From Barthelona sp. PAP020 (lineage: Eukaryota), in NCBI GenBank assembly GCA_040182905.1, contig JARQWU010000046.1, forward strand, positions 1-49,017: a stretch of 49,017 nucleotides of DNA, written 5' to 3'. Positions within the stretch are counted from its first letter, which is position 1; the number at the start of each line of letters is the position of its first letter. A program made the position numbers and the translations under genes. The notes beneath the pieces were generated by a model that saw only the letters and a program-made list of their open reading frames with translations, did not search any database and was not told the DNA's origin. Shown here piece by piece: positions 11,368 to 22,466 of the stretch.

Positions 11368-14300
11368 ATGAATTCTAAAATAATTGGAGATATATTAATT
11401 TTCCTATTTGGGATCCTTTTTTCAATTGCATATATTTCTTTGGGAGGAATAGTGACGCATATCAGAGTTCGAAAACGTCTTGATGAGGATAATATTTATT
11501 TTTGGTTCATAATTTTATGTAACAGTATATTGTGTTTAATAATTGGAATAATTTTATTAACAATTCATTATTATTCTGAAGGATCAATGGTAACATTGAT
11601 AACATTATTATTGATTGAATTATTTCCTGTTATGCTTTTAATCACTGTGATTATGTTCGTGGTGCATAAATTCAGAATAACATTTTTACTTTTTGAAATC
11701 GTTGCTGTTTTCATCTACATTTTTATACATTTAAGTTACAATCAATTTTTAGAGATGAAAAGGCTTCATAAATTTGAATCCCATGCTTCATTTGTTATCT
11801 TAACATTAATATTTCTTAAAGGACAGGAATATTTGTTTCGCAATCCAAATTTTATGAAATATTTGAAAATTTCTGCAAAAACCAAAATCGCCATCACGAT
11901 TTTTGTTGTTTTTTTTCACATTTTAGTCTTGTTTTTTATTTGTCATGATTATTTCGTTTTTAAGCTAAATTTAAATGGCTTGCTAATTTTAATATATTGT
12001 CAAGATTTTCTTTTATACCTTTTCCCTATGACTGCACAAGCAATGACTGGTTATATCTTGATGATTTGTATGAGGTTAGTGGTTTTTTACAAATCATCTA
12101 TTTTTGATACTTATTATTTGATGATCATTTTCTATGGGTATCTTTGGTATTTACAGTGCAGTACCATTTGGGATCGATATAAGGTCTTAAAGATTTTTTC
12201 CAATTTAGCAAACATATACCCTCAAAAATTAAAGAAAGATCGGTTTTTTGTGTATTTATGGAAAATTGTCCTTATCGGAATTGTAAATGTGGTTTTGGTA
12301 TGGTTCACTAATTTGTTTGATATTTTTGGAGTAGTACCTGTTACCATTCAGCAAGTTTTAGTCTTATCGTATTTGACCATTGTTATTGGTTGGATAATGC
12401 ATGTGCCATTTGTTATATGTGACAATTTTGGTGTTTTGACAGATTTTCACGAGATCGCTTTCAGGTCGAATTTTAAAAAGATCTCGTTTTTTGTGGTATT
12501 TTTCATTTTGTCAGGATGGTTATTTTCTTCCAAATGGTTTGCCCAAGAAATTTTAGGTTTTAAACATTTCCCTACATTTGCTTTACCGTTTTTATTTGTC
12601 TCTTTGGTTTTTATCTTTTTGTATCTAAGATACAGTGAAATCCATTCAATTGTCAAAGATAAAGACAAGATAAAATTACCTAAAACAAAAACTGAGGTGA
12701 TTTTACAGGTAGGTTGTATCTTTGGAATTTTTTTTGAGTTAAACTTTTTATTATCTGACATTTACGGTTGTTTAGTCTTTAGTTGCAGTTACATATTAAT
12801 TTTTCACACCATATATCATCGTATGAAGAGGACTTCTATGTTTTTCTTTGGTATGATGTTAATAATTCAATTACTTCTTCCGATCATGTTAATTTGGGGA
12901 GAATTTCTTAAATATTGGGTTGATCGTAACTTTTATCTTGTGATACCTTTATATTTATACACGAATTTCAATTTTTTTAGTTTTGAGGATTTTTCAATGA
13001 AATTACGAAAATTCATTCATTTGTTAATTTATTTTGTTTCCACAATATCCAGACTTTGTTTGATATATTTTGTATATAAGCAAAATCCTCCAAATTTATT
13101 ATGGCATCTACTTATCGTTTTTGATATCATAAATTTGGTGTTAAATTTCTTTCAAAAAAATTCAAGCCTAAGGTTTCCCATGTTTTATTCATTGTTTTTT
13201 TTAGTTTTTGAACTGGTGTTTGCCGCATATTTCTATACTGATTTCCCATTGTTGATATATATAGTCTTTGTTATGGTTGTTATTTTATTAACCTTTTTAA
13301 GATTTGATGTCCTGATTAATGATTTTCAAAATTTTGGTCTATTATACTTCAAACCGCCATTTGGCTTTCCAATTGCAAAATTAACTTCACAAAATACTGG
13401 GTTTGAATACGTAGGTCATTTCTATTTGATTCTATTTGTGTTATTGACCATTATTATGTATATTGGTATCTCACCTTATGGGTTTTCAACTAGGCTTGAT
13501 CCTTTTAGATTCTTTATTGTTGTTATTTCACCGTTTTTAATGTGTTTATTCTTTATAGGTCATTCTTTAGATGTACTGAATATCACCACGACTCTTTTGG
13601 ATAAAAATATTCACAAAACGGCTGAAATCTTAGCAGAACAGGAACTTCCTATTAAAGTTCATTTTCAAGCTATTGATACCTTCGTTGGAGATGATATACT
13701 TTTTTCTTCGACTTCAACGATTGTTACTTCATCATCATCACCATCTCTTTCTTCTTTTGAAGAGGTTGTTCTGCATGATAATGAATCTCGATCTCGATCT
13801 CCATCTTTATTGTTTGATTCATCAGGTCAAGAAAATGGTGAATATCCAATTTCTTCATTTCAAGAGCTCAACCAAATGCAAAGGAAAAGGAACTCCATTG
13901 TTGAATGTTCTTTGAATATTGATTCAACATTTGATCGCAGCAACATTGTTGAAGTTGAAAGAATATTGAATACTGGAACTTTTTCTCGTAATAATAGTAC
14001 CAATGATTTATTCACATATGATTCAATGGGGATAAATGATTCTAATATTGAATCGTTTGAAAAAATAAAGAAACTGAGTTTCTTTGACGATTCGAAAAGT
14101 TCGAAAAGTTCCAAAAGTTTAAAAGTTTCATTTAACAACGACAATGCATTAGAACCATCTGAACCTTTACAATTGAATTCCGATGAATCTTTGAAAACGA
14201 AAGGTAATTATAAATCATCATCAAATGATCCTAATAAGAATGATTCTTCCATTAGCAGTTGTATTGTACCTAATGAATTTGAGTTCTGTGATGAAGAATT

Positions 14301-17300
14301 GAATGATGATAAAGATTTAAACGTGTCTAAAAACTCCAAATCTAAACATAAACAAGAAAGGAGTTCTAACGAGTTTAAATGTCATAATATAGTGCAATAT
14401 ATCAAGAGAACAGGGAAATCTTTAAGAAAATTGAAAAGAAAGTTATTAAAACGATTGGTTTTTGTTAAAGAGACAAAAGAATACAGCGATGACAGACATG
14501 AAATGGTTGATCATAGTCAATTATCTACGGTGGAACAGATTGAAGAATTCATCAATGAAATTGATCTTAATTTATACCGTTTGAAGATTGATAGGGGTTT
14601 AGCATATATAAAGTTGTTTGCTCATGAGTGCCATTACAATAGATACCTCTATAAGATGTTAAATTCTATGTTGAGACAGAATGAAGAGCATTTATTTAAT
14701 ATCTATCGCAATTTGGATTCAGACAGACAAATTCTATTTTTACTGTGGTTTATTAGCGATAATTTCAACGACATCATTAGAAAAATGTACAGTGTTTACA
14801 TTCAACATTTAATTCAGATCAAAAATGAGAGCAACATTCATTTGAATGATGTTTTTGAAAAGAGGCAGCGAGAACGTAGTAACAGTATTCGTAATGCTTT
14901 ACATTTGGAAGATTTTAAAGATATTCTCTTGCATAATAGTTCTTCAGACTTTGACTTGGAAACAAATAATGACGACAAAGATCTTCCAGTAAATTCTGAT
15001 GATGACACTGATTCAAATTCAAACTGTAATTCGATTGATGAACAGAATAGTAAACAACAAGTGGATTTAGAAGGTCCCGAAGATACAAGATCTTCCCACA
15101 GCAAGGAAAAGCAACGTGAGGATACAGCTGAAGCCGAATACATTAAATCACTGGGGAATGAAAAGTTGAATTTTGCCAAGGGTATTCACAGACAAATGAG
15201 TACATCTCAAGGGTTCTTATCAAATTCAAGCCGTAATTCAGCAACAAAAAGTAGTTCTACGGGAAAGAATTCAAGTTCCAGAACTAAGTCAAAATCTAAG
15301 TATTCGGCTAGAAATCCTGGTTCAAAGAGATTTGTTGATCGTCGGTTGAGTAATCTCGATTCTGATTCACTGACTCATAACACTTTAGTCCATCATTCAG
15401 TCACAACGCAAGAAATACATAGTTGCGATCCTTCAAACGATCCATCGAATGATTTGGCACATGACCCTGGTTTTATTCCATCATCTGATTTTACTTCTGT
15501 TGGTCATTCATCAAATGAACCATCTTCCCGCCCATGCTCTCAAAGAACATCGAATGACAGCAATAAGATAGTTTTTGGGAATGGAAAAAACATGATGTTG
15601 CCCAAACACTTGCAAAATATGCATGACTGTGATATCAACACAACTATTCAAGAAATATCGTTAAGCAAAAGTCTTACAGATTCTTTGATGCTCGATTTAT
15701 CTGCTGCCACTATTTTGAAAACTCAAACCCCAATTTCAAATATTGAGATTGTTGATTATGAGGATGAAATTGATGAAGTTGGGCAAAGAAAGGATGAATC
15801 TGTTCAAACACCTATTGTTGTTGCTACAAATGTTCATTTGAGTTCTCAAGAAGAGGTTGAGAACAAAATTGAGAAGGAGAATGAAATGAGTCAAGAAATA
15901 TTGAAAAGTGATGAAAAAGAAAATGTAAAGTTTGATTCTAATGAGGATGTACCCAAGGAAATCGAAGTGGAAGACAATAATAATGACTGTAATTCGAGCA
16001 TTGTACGAGACAATACTGAATTGATTTCAAACAAAGACAAAGAGAACATGAGTTTACTGGAAGATTTGGACTTGAATTCCAATATCACGTCTATTACTAA
16101 TGTTCCTGTTTCAGAACAAGAGGAAGCCAATGTTATTATTTCCAAAGAAAAAGAAAAAGCTGAAAACATTGTTAATGAAGATTCCACGGATAACAAATGG
16201 ATTGGTGAAAGTTCAATACAACATTGTTCTCATCAACATATCGAATCTGAAAACAATTCCCACCAAATCTCACTTGTATTATCGGGAAATCTTAATGTTT
16301 CAATGGTTGGTAAAGTAGCAAAACCGAAGTTTTATGATAATCAGATGTTATATGGTGTAATGGATAATGTACATGTGTCAAGATCCCAAAGCATCTTGGA
16401 ATATCAACCTTCTTATCCAATTGAGGAAGAATTATATAGTAATGCACATCCTTCATCTTCTTTGAAAAAATCTCGATTTATTATTGACAGAAATCAAAAT
16501 GAAATGAATTTTGATAACATTAACGATTTACAGAATGAAGCCTTTGAATTTTGTGAGTTGATCATTGATTATATATCATCTTATGATGTTAAGAAGTCGA
16601 TATCTAGTGAACTTTTGTCGCTAATTGCTAATTGCATCAGTTTATGTGATTTTTTGAGTGTCAATGAAAATAATTATTTCTCTGATGATGAGAAAGCAAG
16701 GTTTGAATTTCACAACTCTTTACAAGCATTAGGTAGCTATTTAAAAATGTTATCCATTCAGTATAATGCTTTATTGAACTCTAAAAAGGATGTTCGTAAA
16801 AAATACTCTCGAAGGAAAAAATTGGCATTGAAACAGTTTTATCAGTTAGCAGGAAAGTTAAGAATTGATAATAAGAAGTTTGCTATGAAAGAATTTCAAT
16901 ATAAATCCTTTCAACGAATGAATTTAGACAGTCTATTTGCGCAAATACGTCTAAATACACTAAAAATTCCAAGCAATTCCTGGAAATTTTTTGAAAGCGT
17001 TGCCTACATTTTTTCGCTTTCCGGAAATTTGGATATTTTACCAAACCTTATAGACAGTTATGATATCAGTGGTATTGTACTGGTTAGATTATATGTCGTT
17101 GGAATTCCCATTTATGTCTTTGTTGATGACATACAACCTGAGAAATTTGAGACTTCTGTCTTAGAAGATTGGCCTTGTATGTGCGTTTTACCTAATAATT
17201 ACAGCTCTTCTTTGTTCCCTTTATTAGCTAAAGCTTTAGTGGCTCAAACAAATTCAACAAATCCAAATTTGACTGTGACAGAGTGTTTGGATTATTTCGG

Positions 17301-18045
17301 CACGGTTACTAATTCATTTCAAACATCATTGATTCAATTTAACATACCAAAACAAGAGTTGTTCTGGAAATATTTGGATCGATGCATTTTTGATGATTTG
17401 ATTGTGTTTTATTGTGAGTCGAATGATGTAACATGCGTGATAAAGTCAACTCTGACAATTATGAACAAGACTTCACACAGATTTGTTTTTGTTGTGCCTG
17501 CAGACAATGTAAGCACGTTTGATAATGAATTAGACAACCAAAATCATTTAATTGGAGACAACACCACAGCAAGTGGTGTAATTTCCAATTGTATTTGGAA
17601 ATATCCTCGAGGTGGTTGGATTCCATTTCAAACATTCTTACACAACGTATCTTTTATCAACACATCAGTTTGGATTAAAAATACACATCAAAGTTATATT
17701 TTGCTCAAAGATAACAATGAAGACACAATGTTGGGTCTGCAATTTAGCAGCTCTTCTGAAAAGGAAAAAATATTTTTCACTTTATCATCTGCAGATCCAG
17801 AAATTGGCGTTTCAAATATTGAATTGAGAATAGGTAGAGGTGGTTTGAATTATTCTGTTGTTCATCCCTACAACTTTTGTCCAGATGATGAATTATCCAA
17901 AAAGAATAATCAGTATGTTTGTTATTATTGCAATAGAATTCACGAAGATTATTATTTGAGGGTTTCTCCTTTGAAAGAACCCGCCAGATTAGATGTTTAT
18001 TGTAGTATCACTAAAGTTAAAATTTCTGTTTTGGAAAAGATCTGA
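11368..18045 (+). CDS. Large multi-pass membrane protein with C-terminal degenerate calpain (CysPc)-like domain; DEK1-like architecture
   Basis: 2225 aa; first ~740 aa are about 20 hydrophobic helices by eye; S/E/D-rich linker; calpain-like motifs GIVLVRLYVVGIPIYVFVDD, LFPLLAKAL, GGWIPFQTF. Confidence 0.7.
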   Translation: MNSKIIGDILIFLFGILFSIAYISLGGIVTHIRVRKRLDEDNIYFWFIILCNSILCLIIGIILLTIHYYSEGSMVTLITLLLIELFPVMLLITVIMFVVHKFRITFLLFEIVAVFIYIFIHLSYNQFLEMKRLHKFESHASFVILTLIFLKGQEYLFRNPNFMKYLKISAKTKIAITIFVVFFHILVLFFICHDYFVFKLNLNGLLILIYCQDFLLYLFPMTAQAMTGYILMICMRLVVFYKSSIFDTYYLMIIFYGYLWYLQCSTIWDRYKVLKIFSNLANIYPQKLKKDRFFVYLWKIVLIGIVNVVLVWFTNLFDIFGVVPVTIQQVLVLSYLTIVIGWIMHVPFVICDNFGVLTDFHEIAFRSNFKKISFFVVFFILSGWLFSSKWFAQEILGFKHFPTFALPFLFVSLVFIFLYLRYSEIHSIVKDKDKIKLPKTKTEVILQVGCIFGIFFELNFLLSDIYGCLVFSCSYILIFHTIYHRMKRTSMFFFGMMLIIQLLLPIMLIWGEFLKYWVDRNFYLVIPLYLYTNFNFFSFEDFSMKLRKFIHLLIYFVSTISRLCLIYFVYKQNPPNLLWHLLIVFDIINLVLNFFQKNSSLRFPMFYSLFFLVFELVFAAYFYTDFPLLIYIVFVMVVILLTFLRFDVLINDFQNFGLLYFKPPFGFPIAKLTSQNTGFEYVGHFYLILFVLLTIIMYIGISPYGFSTRLDPFRFFIVVISPFLMCLFFIGHSLDVLNITTTLLDKNIHKTAEILAEQELPIKVHFQAIDTFVGDDILFSSTSTIVTSSSSPSLSSFEEVVLHDNESRSRSPSLLFDSSGQENGEYPISSFQELNQMQRKRNSIVECSLNIDSTFDRSNIVEVERILNTGTFSRNNSTNDLFTYDSMGINDSNIESFEKIKKLSFFDDSKSSKSSKSLKVSFNNDNALEPSEPLQLNSDESLKTKGNYKSSSNDPNKNDSSISSCIVPNEFEFCDEELNDDKDLNVSKNSKSKHKQERSSNEFKCHNIVQYIKRTGKSLRKLKRKLLKRLVFVKETKEYSDDRHEMVDHSQLSTVEQIEEFINEIDLNLYRLKIDRGLAYIKLFAHECHYNRYLYKMLNSMLRQNEEHLFNIYRNLDSDRQILFLLWFISDNFNDIIRKMYSVYIQHLIQIKNESNIHLNDVFEKRQRERSNSIRNALHLEDFKDILLHNSSSDFDLETNNDDKDLPVNSDDDTDSNSNCNSIDEQNSKQQVDLEGPEDTRSSHSKEKQREDTAEAEYIKSLGNEKLNFAKGIHRQMSTSQGFLSNSSRNSATKSSSTGKNSSSRTKSKSKYSARNPGSKRFVDRRLSNLDSDSLTHNTLVHHSVTTQEIHSCDPSNDPSNDLAHDPGFIPSSDFTSVGHSSNEPSSRPCSQRTSNDSNKIVFGNGKNMMLPKHLQNMHDCDINTTIQEISLSKSLTDSLMLDLSAATILKTQTPISNIEIVDYEDEIDEVGQRKDESVQTPIVVATNVHLSSQEEVENKIEKENEMSQEILKSDEKENVKFDSNEDVPKEIEVEDNNNDCNSSIVRDNTELISNKDKENMSLLEDLDLNSNITSITNVPVSEQEEANVIISKEKEKAENIVNEDSTDNKWIGESSIQHCSHQHIESENNSHQISLVLSGNLNVSMVGKVAKPKFYDNQMLYGVMDNVHVSRSQSILEYQPSYPIEEELYSNAHPSSSLKKSRFIIDRNQNEMNFDNINDLQNEAFEFCELIIDYISSYDVKKSISSELLSLIANCISLCDFLSVNENNYFSDDEKARFEFHNSLQALGSYLKMLSIQYNALLNSKKDVRKKYSRRKKLALKQFYQLAGKLRIDNKKFAMKEFQYKSFQRMNLDSLFAQIRLNTLKIPSNSWKFFESVAYIFSLSGNLDILPNLIDSYDISGIVLVRLYVVGIPIYVFVDDIQPEKFETSVLEDWPCMCVLPNNYSSSLFPLLAKALVAQTNSTNPNLTVTECLDYFGTVTNSFQTSLIQFNIPKQELFWKYLDRCIFDDLIVFYCESNDVTCVIKSTLTIMNKTSHRFVFVVPADNVSTFDNELDNQNHLIGDNTTASGVISNCIWKYPRGGWIPFQTFLHNVSFINTSVWIKNTHQSYILLKDNNEDTMLGLQFSSSSEKEKIFFTLSSADPEIGVSNIELRIGRGGLNYSVVHPYNFCPDDELSKKNNQYVCYYCNRIHEDYYLRVSPLKEPARLDVYCSITKVKISVLEKI

Positions 18046-18415
18046 TCAAAATATCATGGCTTTTACAAACAGTTGTTTTTTATTGGTGCTTTTTTTTAAA
18101 TGTCTAAATTTGTAAATTTCTTGCAAGTCTTTTAAATTTTTATTCTTGACTGGGATTTATCATTGAATTGAATGAAAAATAATTTTTTTCATTTTATTTT
18201 TCCGATAAATGAAAAGCGACACTCAATATTTTCCAAACTTGAAAATATTTTGAAAGAAATTCCTTAAACTCTTTCAGATAATTAACATTTTACATGATAA
18301 ATATCTTTACTTTACTATTTTCTAATTTATATGTTCAATGAAACGGCAAAATGACATGAAAAAAAATTAAAAAAAATTAAAACTTTTCACTTTTTTTATT
18401 CATTTTCTTGTTTAA

Positions 18416-18909
18416 ATGTCCAAGATCCAAGTTCAAAGAACCCCAGTTCCTTTAAAAACTAGAAAGGGCAAGCATGCTGCTCCTGCTCTTAAACACAACA
18501 TCGTCCCAGGTCAAATTCTTGTTCTTCTTGCCGGTCGTTTTGCTGGAAAGCGTGTTGTTTTCTTAAAGCAACTCACCTCTGGACTTCTTCTTGTTGCTGG
18601 TATGTTATTTTGATTGAAATATTTTTGATGTGTTCATATTTTGTTCGTATCTAATTTTTAGGTCCTTATAAGATTAATGGTGTCCCTCTTCGTCGTGTTA
18701 ATCAAGTTTATGTTATGCCTACTTCTGCCAAGATTGAAATTGGTGACTTCTCTAGTTATGATGATGAAACCGTCAAGGGTGAAGTTGATCAAGCTGTTGT
18801 TGATGGATTATTATTAGAAGGCGTTAAGAGTGTTCCTCACATGAAGGAATATCTTCGTTCTAAATTTACACTCAGAAATGGTCAATATCCTCACATGATG
18901 AAGTTCTAA
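18416..18909 (+). CDS. RPL6: 60S ribosomal protein eL6 (exons 18416-18599 and 18662-18909; 143 aa)
   Basis: [48 protein letters not shown] and C-terminal [15 protein letters not shown]; splicing restores one frame. Confidence 0.95.
18600..18661 (+). other. Spliceosomal intron, 62 nt
   Basis: GTATGT...TCTAATTTTTAG; removal joins G|GT CCT and restores the conserved GPYKINGVP. Confidence 0.93.
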
Positions 18910-19368
18910 GTTATAGACAATGATTTTGTTCTATTGAATAGGATTCGTATAAAAGGCATTTATTCATTCTATTTTCGTTGTTTTTTTTTTTTGAGCACAA
19001 TTCTTGATGCTAATACTTTCGTTTAATAACTCTGAAAAGTAAAATAATTCAAATGAATGTTCATTTCACCAGTTGATTTGAAAATTGATTGAATTTTGAT
19101 AAGTAAATTTTATTGTTGTTTTGAAGATCTTTTTTAAATAATGGAAGGAATGTAAGAATTCAATAATTTAGATATCTTTTGCTCAAAGAGAAAGAAAATT
19201 GGTGGAAATCAATAAAAATGTGAAAAAGAGACTTAACCACAAAATCTCTTTTTTTACAAGAATTCTTTGCATGAAATGATTGACAAGATATGACGAAACA
19301 CGCTTTCTTTCTTTGATTTTCAAAATTGACTTGATATCTTATGGATACTTTAAACATTTTTTTGTACA

Positions 19369-21006
19369 ATGTCTGTGAATTTCGGAATTCCAAACTTACC
19401 TTTCCCTGAAAATCTTAAACTAACTCATTATGAGCCTGGTTCTGTTGATCGTGTCAAATTAATTGAGGCACTTAATGAGCTGAAAACTGACGATATTAGT
19501 GTTCCAGTTATTATTAATAATGAAGAATATCGTATTGGAGAAGTTAAATATCAATTAATGCCTGAAGATCAAAACAAGGCAGTTTGTTCCTTTTATGAAG
19601 CTGATGCCGAATATGTTAACAAAGCTATTGAAGGTTGTTTAGATGCAAAAGAACGTTGGGAGCAATTAAATTGGGTTAATAGATTGGCAATATTTCAAAA
19701 AGCTGCTCATTTATTAGTTACGAAATATCGTTACCGTATGATGGCTGCCACTATGTTAGGCCAAGGCAAAACAGCTTGGCAAGGCGAAATTGATTGTATT
19801 GCTGAAGCTTACGACTTTTTAAAATTCAATAGTTTTTATTGTTCTGAAATTTACAAAGATCAACCTTTACACAATTCATTAGGCGTTTGGAATCGTCAAG
19901 AATACAGACCTCTTGAAGGATTTGTTGTGGCAATAACACCTTTTAATTTTACTGCCATTGGTATCAATCTATGTACATCTCCTGCGATGATGGGTAATGT
20001 TGTTGTGTGGAAACCTTCTAGAAATGCAATTTTGAGCAGTTATTTGATGTATAAGATTTTAATGGAGGCAGGATTACCTGCTGGCGTAATTCAATTTGTT
20101 CCTTGCTCTGGAAGTGTTTTATCAGATCAAATGTTCGCCAGGAAGACACTTTCTGGAATTCATTTCACAGGATCAACTGCAACTTTTAAAACACTTCTTC
20201 ATAAAGCATATTCTGCTGATCTTCAAAGTTTCCCAAGGATTGTAGGAGAAACTGGAGGAAAGAATTTCCATTTTATTGCCCCTGATGTTGATATGACTAA
20301 TTGTTTAAATAATTGCATTCGTGGTGCTTTTGAGTATCAAGGACAAAAATGTTCTGCCACTTCAAGAATTTATTGTCCCAGAAGTCGTTGGGAAGAATTG
20401 AGGACTGGTTTGGTTCAGTTTGTTGATAATGTAAAAATTGGCAGTGTATCAGATCTTGGCAATTTTATGAATGCTGTTATTCATCAACGCAGTTACGACA
20501 AAATCAAAAAATATATTGATGACGCCAAATCTGCAGATTGTTGTGAAATTGTTGCTGGGGGTAGATGCTTGATGACAGATTCTCAACCTGGTTTGTATAT
20601 TCAACCAACTGTTATTTTAACTGAGGACATCGATTATGTCACAATGAAGGAAGAAATCTTCGGACCTGTTGTCACTGTTTTTGTTTACAATGATGAAGAT
20701 ATGATGGATGTTGCCAGACATGCAGCAAATTCATCCAGTTATGCTTTAACTGGATCTGTTTTTGCAAGCAACAGACAAACTATTGATGAACTTTGTTGGA
20801 TTTTGAGACATGCTGCAGGCAATTTTTACATCAATGACAAGTCAACTGGTGCTGTTGTTGGTCAACAAGCTTTTGGTGGTGCAAGAGGTAGTGGAACTAA
20901 TGATAAAGCTGGAAGTGCACAAAATTTGTTGAGATGGGTAAGTTCTCAATCCATAAAGGAAAATTTCTGTGTTTTAGAAGAATATGGATATCCTCACATG
21001 AATTAA
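19369..21006 (+). CDS. ALDH4A1: Delta-1-pyrroline-5-carboxylate dehydrogenase
   Basis: MLGQGKT, YRPLEGFV.AITPFNFTAIG, FTGST, VGETGGKNFH, AFEYQGQKCSA (catalytic Cys), EEIFGPV, NDKSTGAVVGQQAFGGARGSGTNDKAG. Confidence 0.96.
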   Translation: MSVNFGIPNLPFPENLKLTHYEPGSVDRVKLIEALNELKTDDISVPVIINNEEYRIGEVKYQLMPEDQNKAVCSFYEADAEYVNKAIEGCLDAKERWEQLNWVNRLAIFQKAAHLLVTKYRYRMMAATMLGQGKTAWQGEIDCIAEAYDFLKFNSFYCSEIYKDQPLHNSLGVWNRQEYRPLEGFVVAITPFNFTAIGINLCTSPAMMGNVVVWKPSRNAILSSYLMYKILMEAGLPAGVIQFVPCSGSVLSDQMFARKTLSGIHFTGSTATFKTLLHKAYSADLQSFPRIVGETGGKNFHFIAPDVDMTNCLNNCIRGAFEYQGQKCSATSRIYCPRSRWEELRTGLVQFVDNVKIGSVSDLGNFMNAVIHQRSYDKIKKYIDDAKSADCCEIVAGGRCLMTDSQPGLYIQPTVILTEDIDYVTMKEEIFGPVVTVFVYNDEDMMDVARHAANSSSYALTGSVFASNRQTIDELCWILRHAAGNFYINDKSTGAVVGQQAFGGARGSGTNDKAGSAQNLLRWVSSQSIKENFCVLEEYGYPHMN

Positions 21007-21275
21007 TTTTTGTTTATGTCAAATGGTGTTTGTTTTGGGGTTATTTAATTGTACAATGTAAAATGTTGTAATTTTTATTGTTTTTTTAAAAAGAAAGGGA
21101 ATGATATTGAAAAATGAAAATGGATTCTTGAAGATCAAACCCGCTAAAAGATGTCGCTAGGGTATTTTGAAGAAAAATTTATTGGAAATTGATTGAATTA
21201 TCAGCACAACGTGCAAAGAACTACAAAAAAATAAAATTATTATTTCTTTATTTTATTGAAATATTGCCTTGTCAG

Positions 21276-22418
21276 ATGTTTTCAAAAAGAGTGCAAGGTT
21301 TTCTTTCCTTTTACTTATTTGTTGGTTTAACTTCAGTTTGTTTTGTTCTATTTCTTTATTTCAATTCTATCTTAAACTTTCAATTTAGTCATCCTATAGT
21401 TGTACCAAGTCCTAAATATTCAACTTATTTTGTTCCTGATATTTATGCAGATGAAACCACCAAAGGTTTCTTTCACAATTATTTTATCGATGAAAATGTT
21501 GATCAATGTGAATATGAACCTATTACGTATGATGAAAATCAATTGAGCACTATATCAAAGAATACAAAGAAATCAATTCCATTGATTGGTTTTTTTGCAC
21601 TTGATAATCCCTATTATATTGAAAGAGCATTAGCTTCAATTGATTATCCTGTAAATAAAATTTTTATTGGATGGAATGATGTTGAAAATTATGAAATAAT
21701 GAGTTGTGCTATGAAACGTATTAAAAAGCATTTTGGGGACATTGTTGACATTGTTTTATATCCTGAAAATATTGGGTTAGCTGGTGTTTGGAATGAAATA
21801 GCATCTTTTGATTTTGAGACTGATTTTTTTATTCTTTGCAAGCAAGATATACAATTTTTACCTGGTTCTTTGGCAGCCATTGCAAATAAAATGTATTCTG
21901 GCATAAATCAAGACAAAATGATCGTCACGAGTGATAACACTGATAAATTTGGTGCTTTTGCAATGACCAGGAAAACTTATGAAAATGTTGGTTCTTTTGA
22001 TGAAAACATATATCCTTTTGAAGGCGTAGATGTTGATTATGTTGCTAGAATAACATATTATCGAGATTTTTCAGTTGAGACGTTGTCTGGGTTCGATATT
22101 TTCAAAGGAAATAAATCAACAGAAAATCCCTTTTTCATCATGCCTTCTAAAGATTGGCAAGATAAGAATCATATGGAAACGTTGAGAGGAGATTCGGCGT
22201 TAGCTTACATCAACGAAAAGTTCGGCCATTCAACCACTGTTGGTCCTCGACATAACTTTCCAATGGTATACTGTAATATCAACTTGGATTGTGGTTTTTG
22301 GTCATATGATCAGCATTTGCGTTATTTTATTGTTCATGGTGTTACAACAGGACGAAAAATGAATTTTAATGATAACAGAATGAGATTTGCAACATCTGAA
22401 TATTCTTACAAATCTTAA
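21276..22418 (+). CDS. Type II membrane GT-A glycosyltransferase-like protein (paralog of 34312; motifs degenerate)
   Basis: N-terminal TM anchor after ATG 21276; SIDYPV, ENIGLAGVWN, VGSFDENIYP shared with the 34312 paralog. Confidence 0.8.
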   Translation: MFSKRVQGFLSFYLFVGLTSVCFVLFLYFNSILNFQFSHPIVVPSPKYSTYFVPDIYADETTKGFFHNYFIDENVDQCEYEPITYDENQLSTISKNTKKSIPLIGFFALDNPYYIERALASIDYPVNKIFIGWNDVENYEIMSCAMKRIKKHFGDIVDIVLYPENIGLAGVWNEIASFDFETDFFILCKQDIQFLPGSLAAIANKMYSGINQDKMIVTSDNTDKFGAFAMTRKTYENVGSFDENIYPFEGVDVDYVARITYYRDFSVETLSGFDIFKGNKSTENPFFIMPSKDWQDKNHMETLRGDSALAYINEKFGHSTTVGPRHNFPMVYCNINLDCGFWSYDQHLRYFIVHGVTTGRKMNFNDNRMRFATSEYSYKS

Positions 22419-22466
22419 TTTTGTGTCTTCAACAAAAAAAATTAGATTTTTTTTTCTTTACATCAA

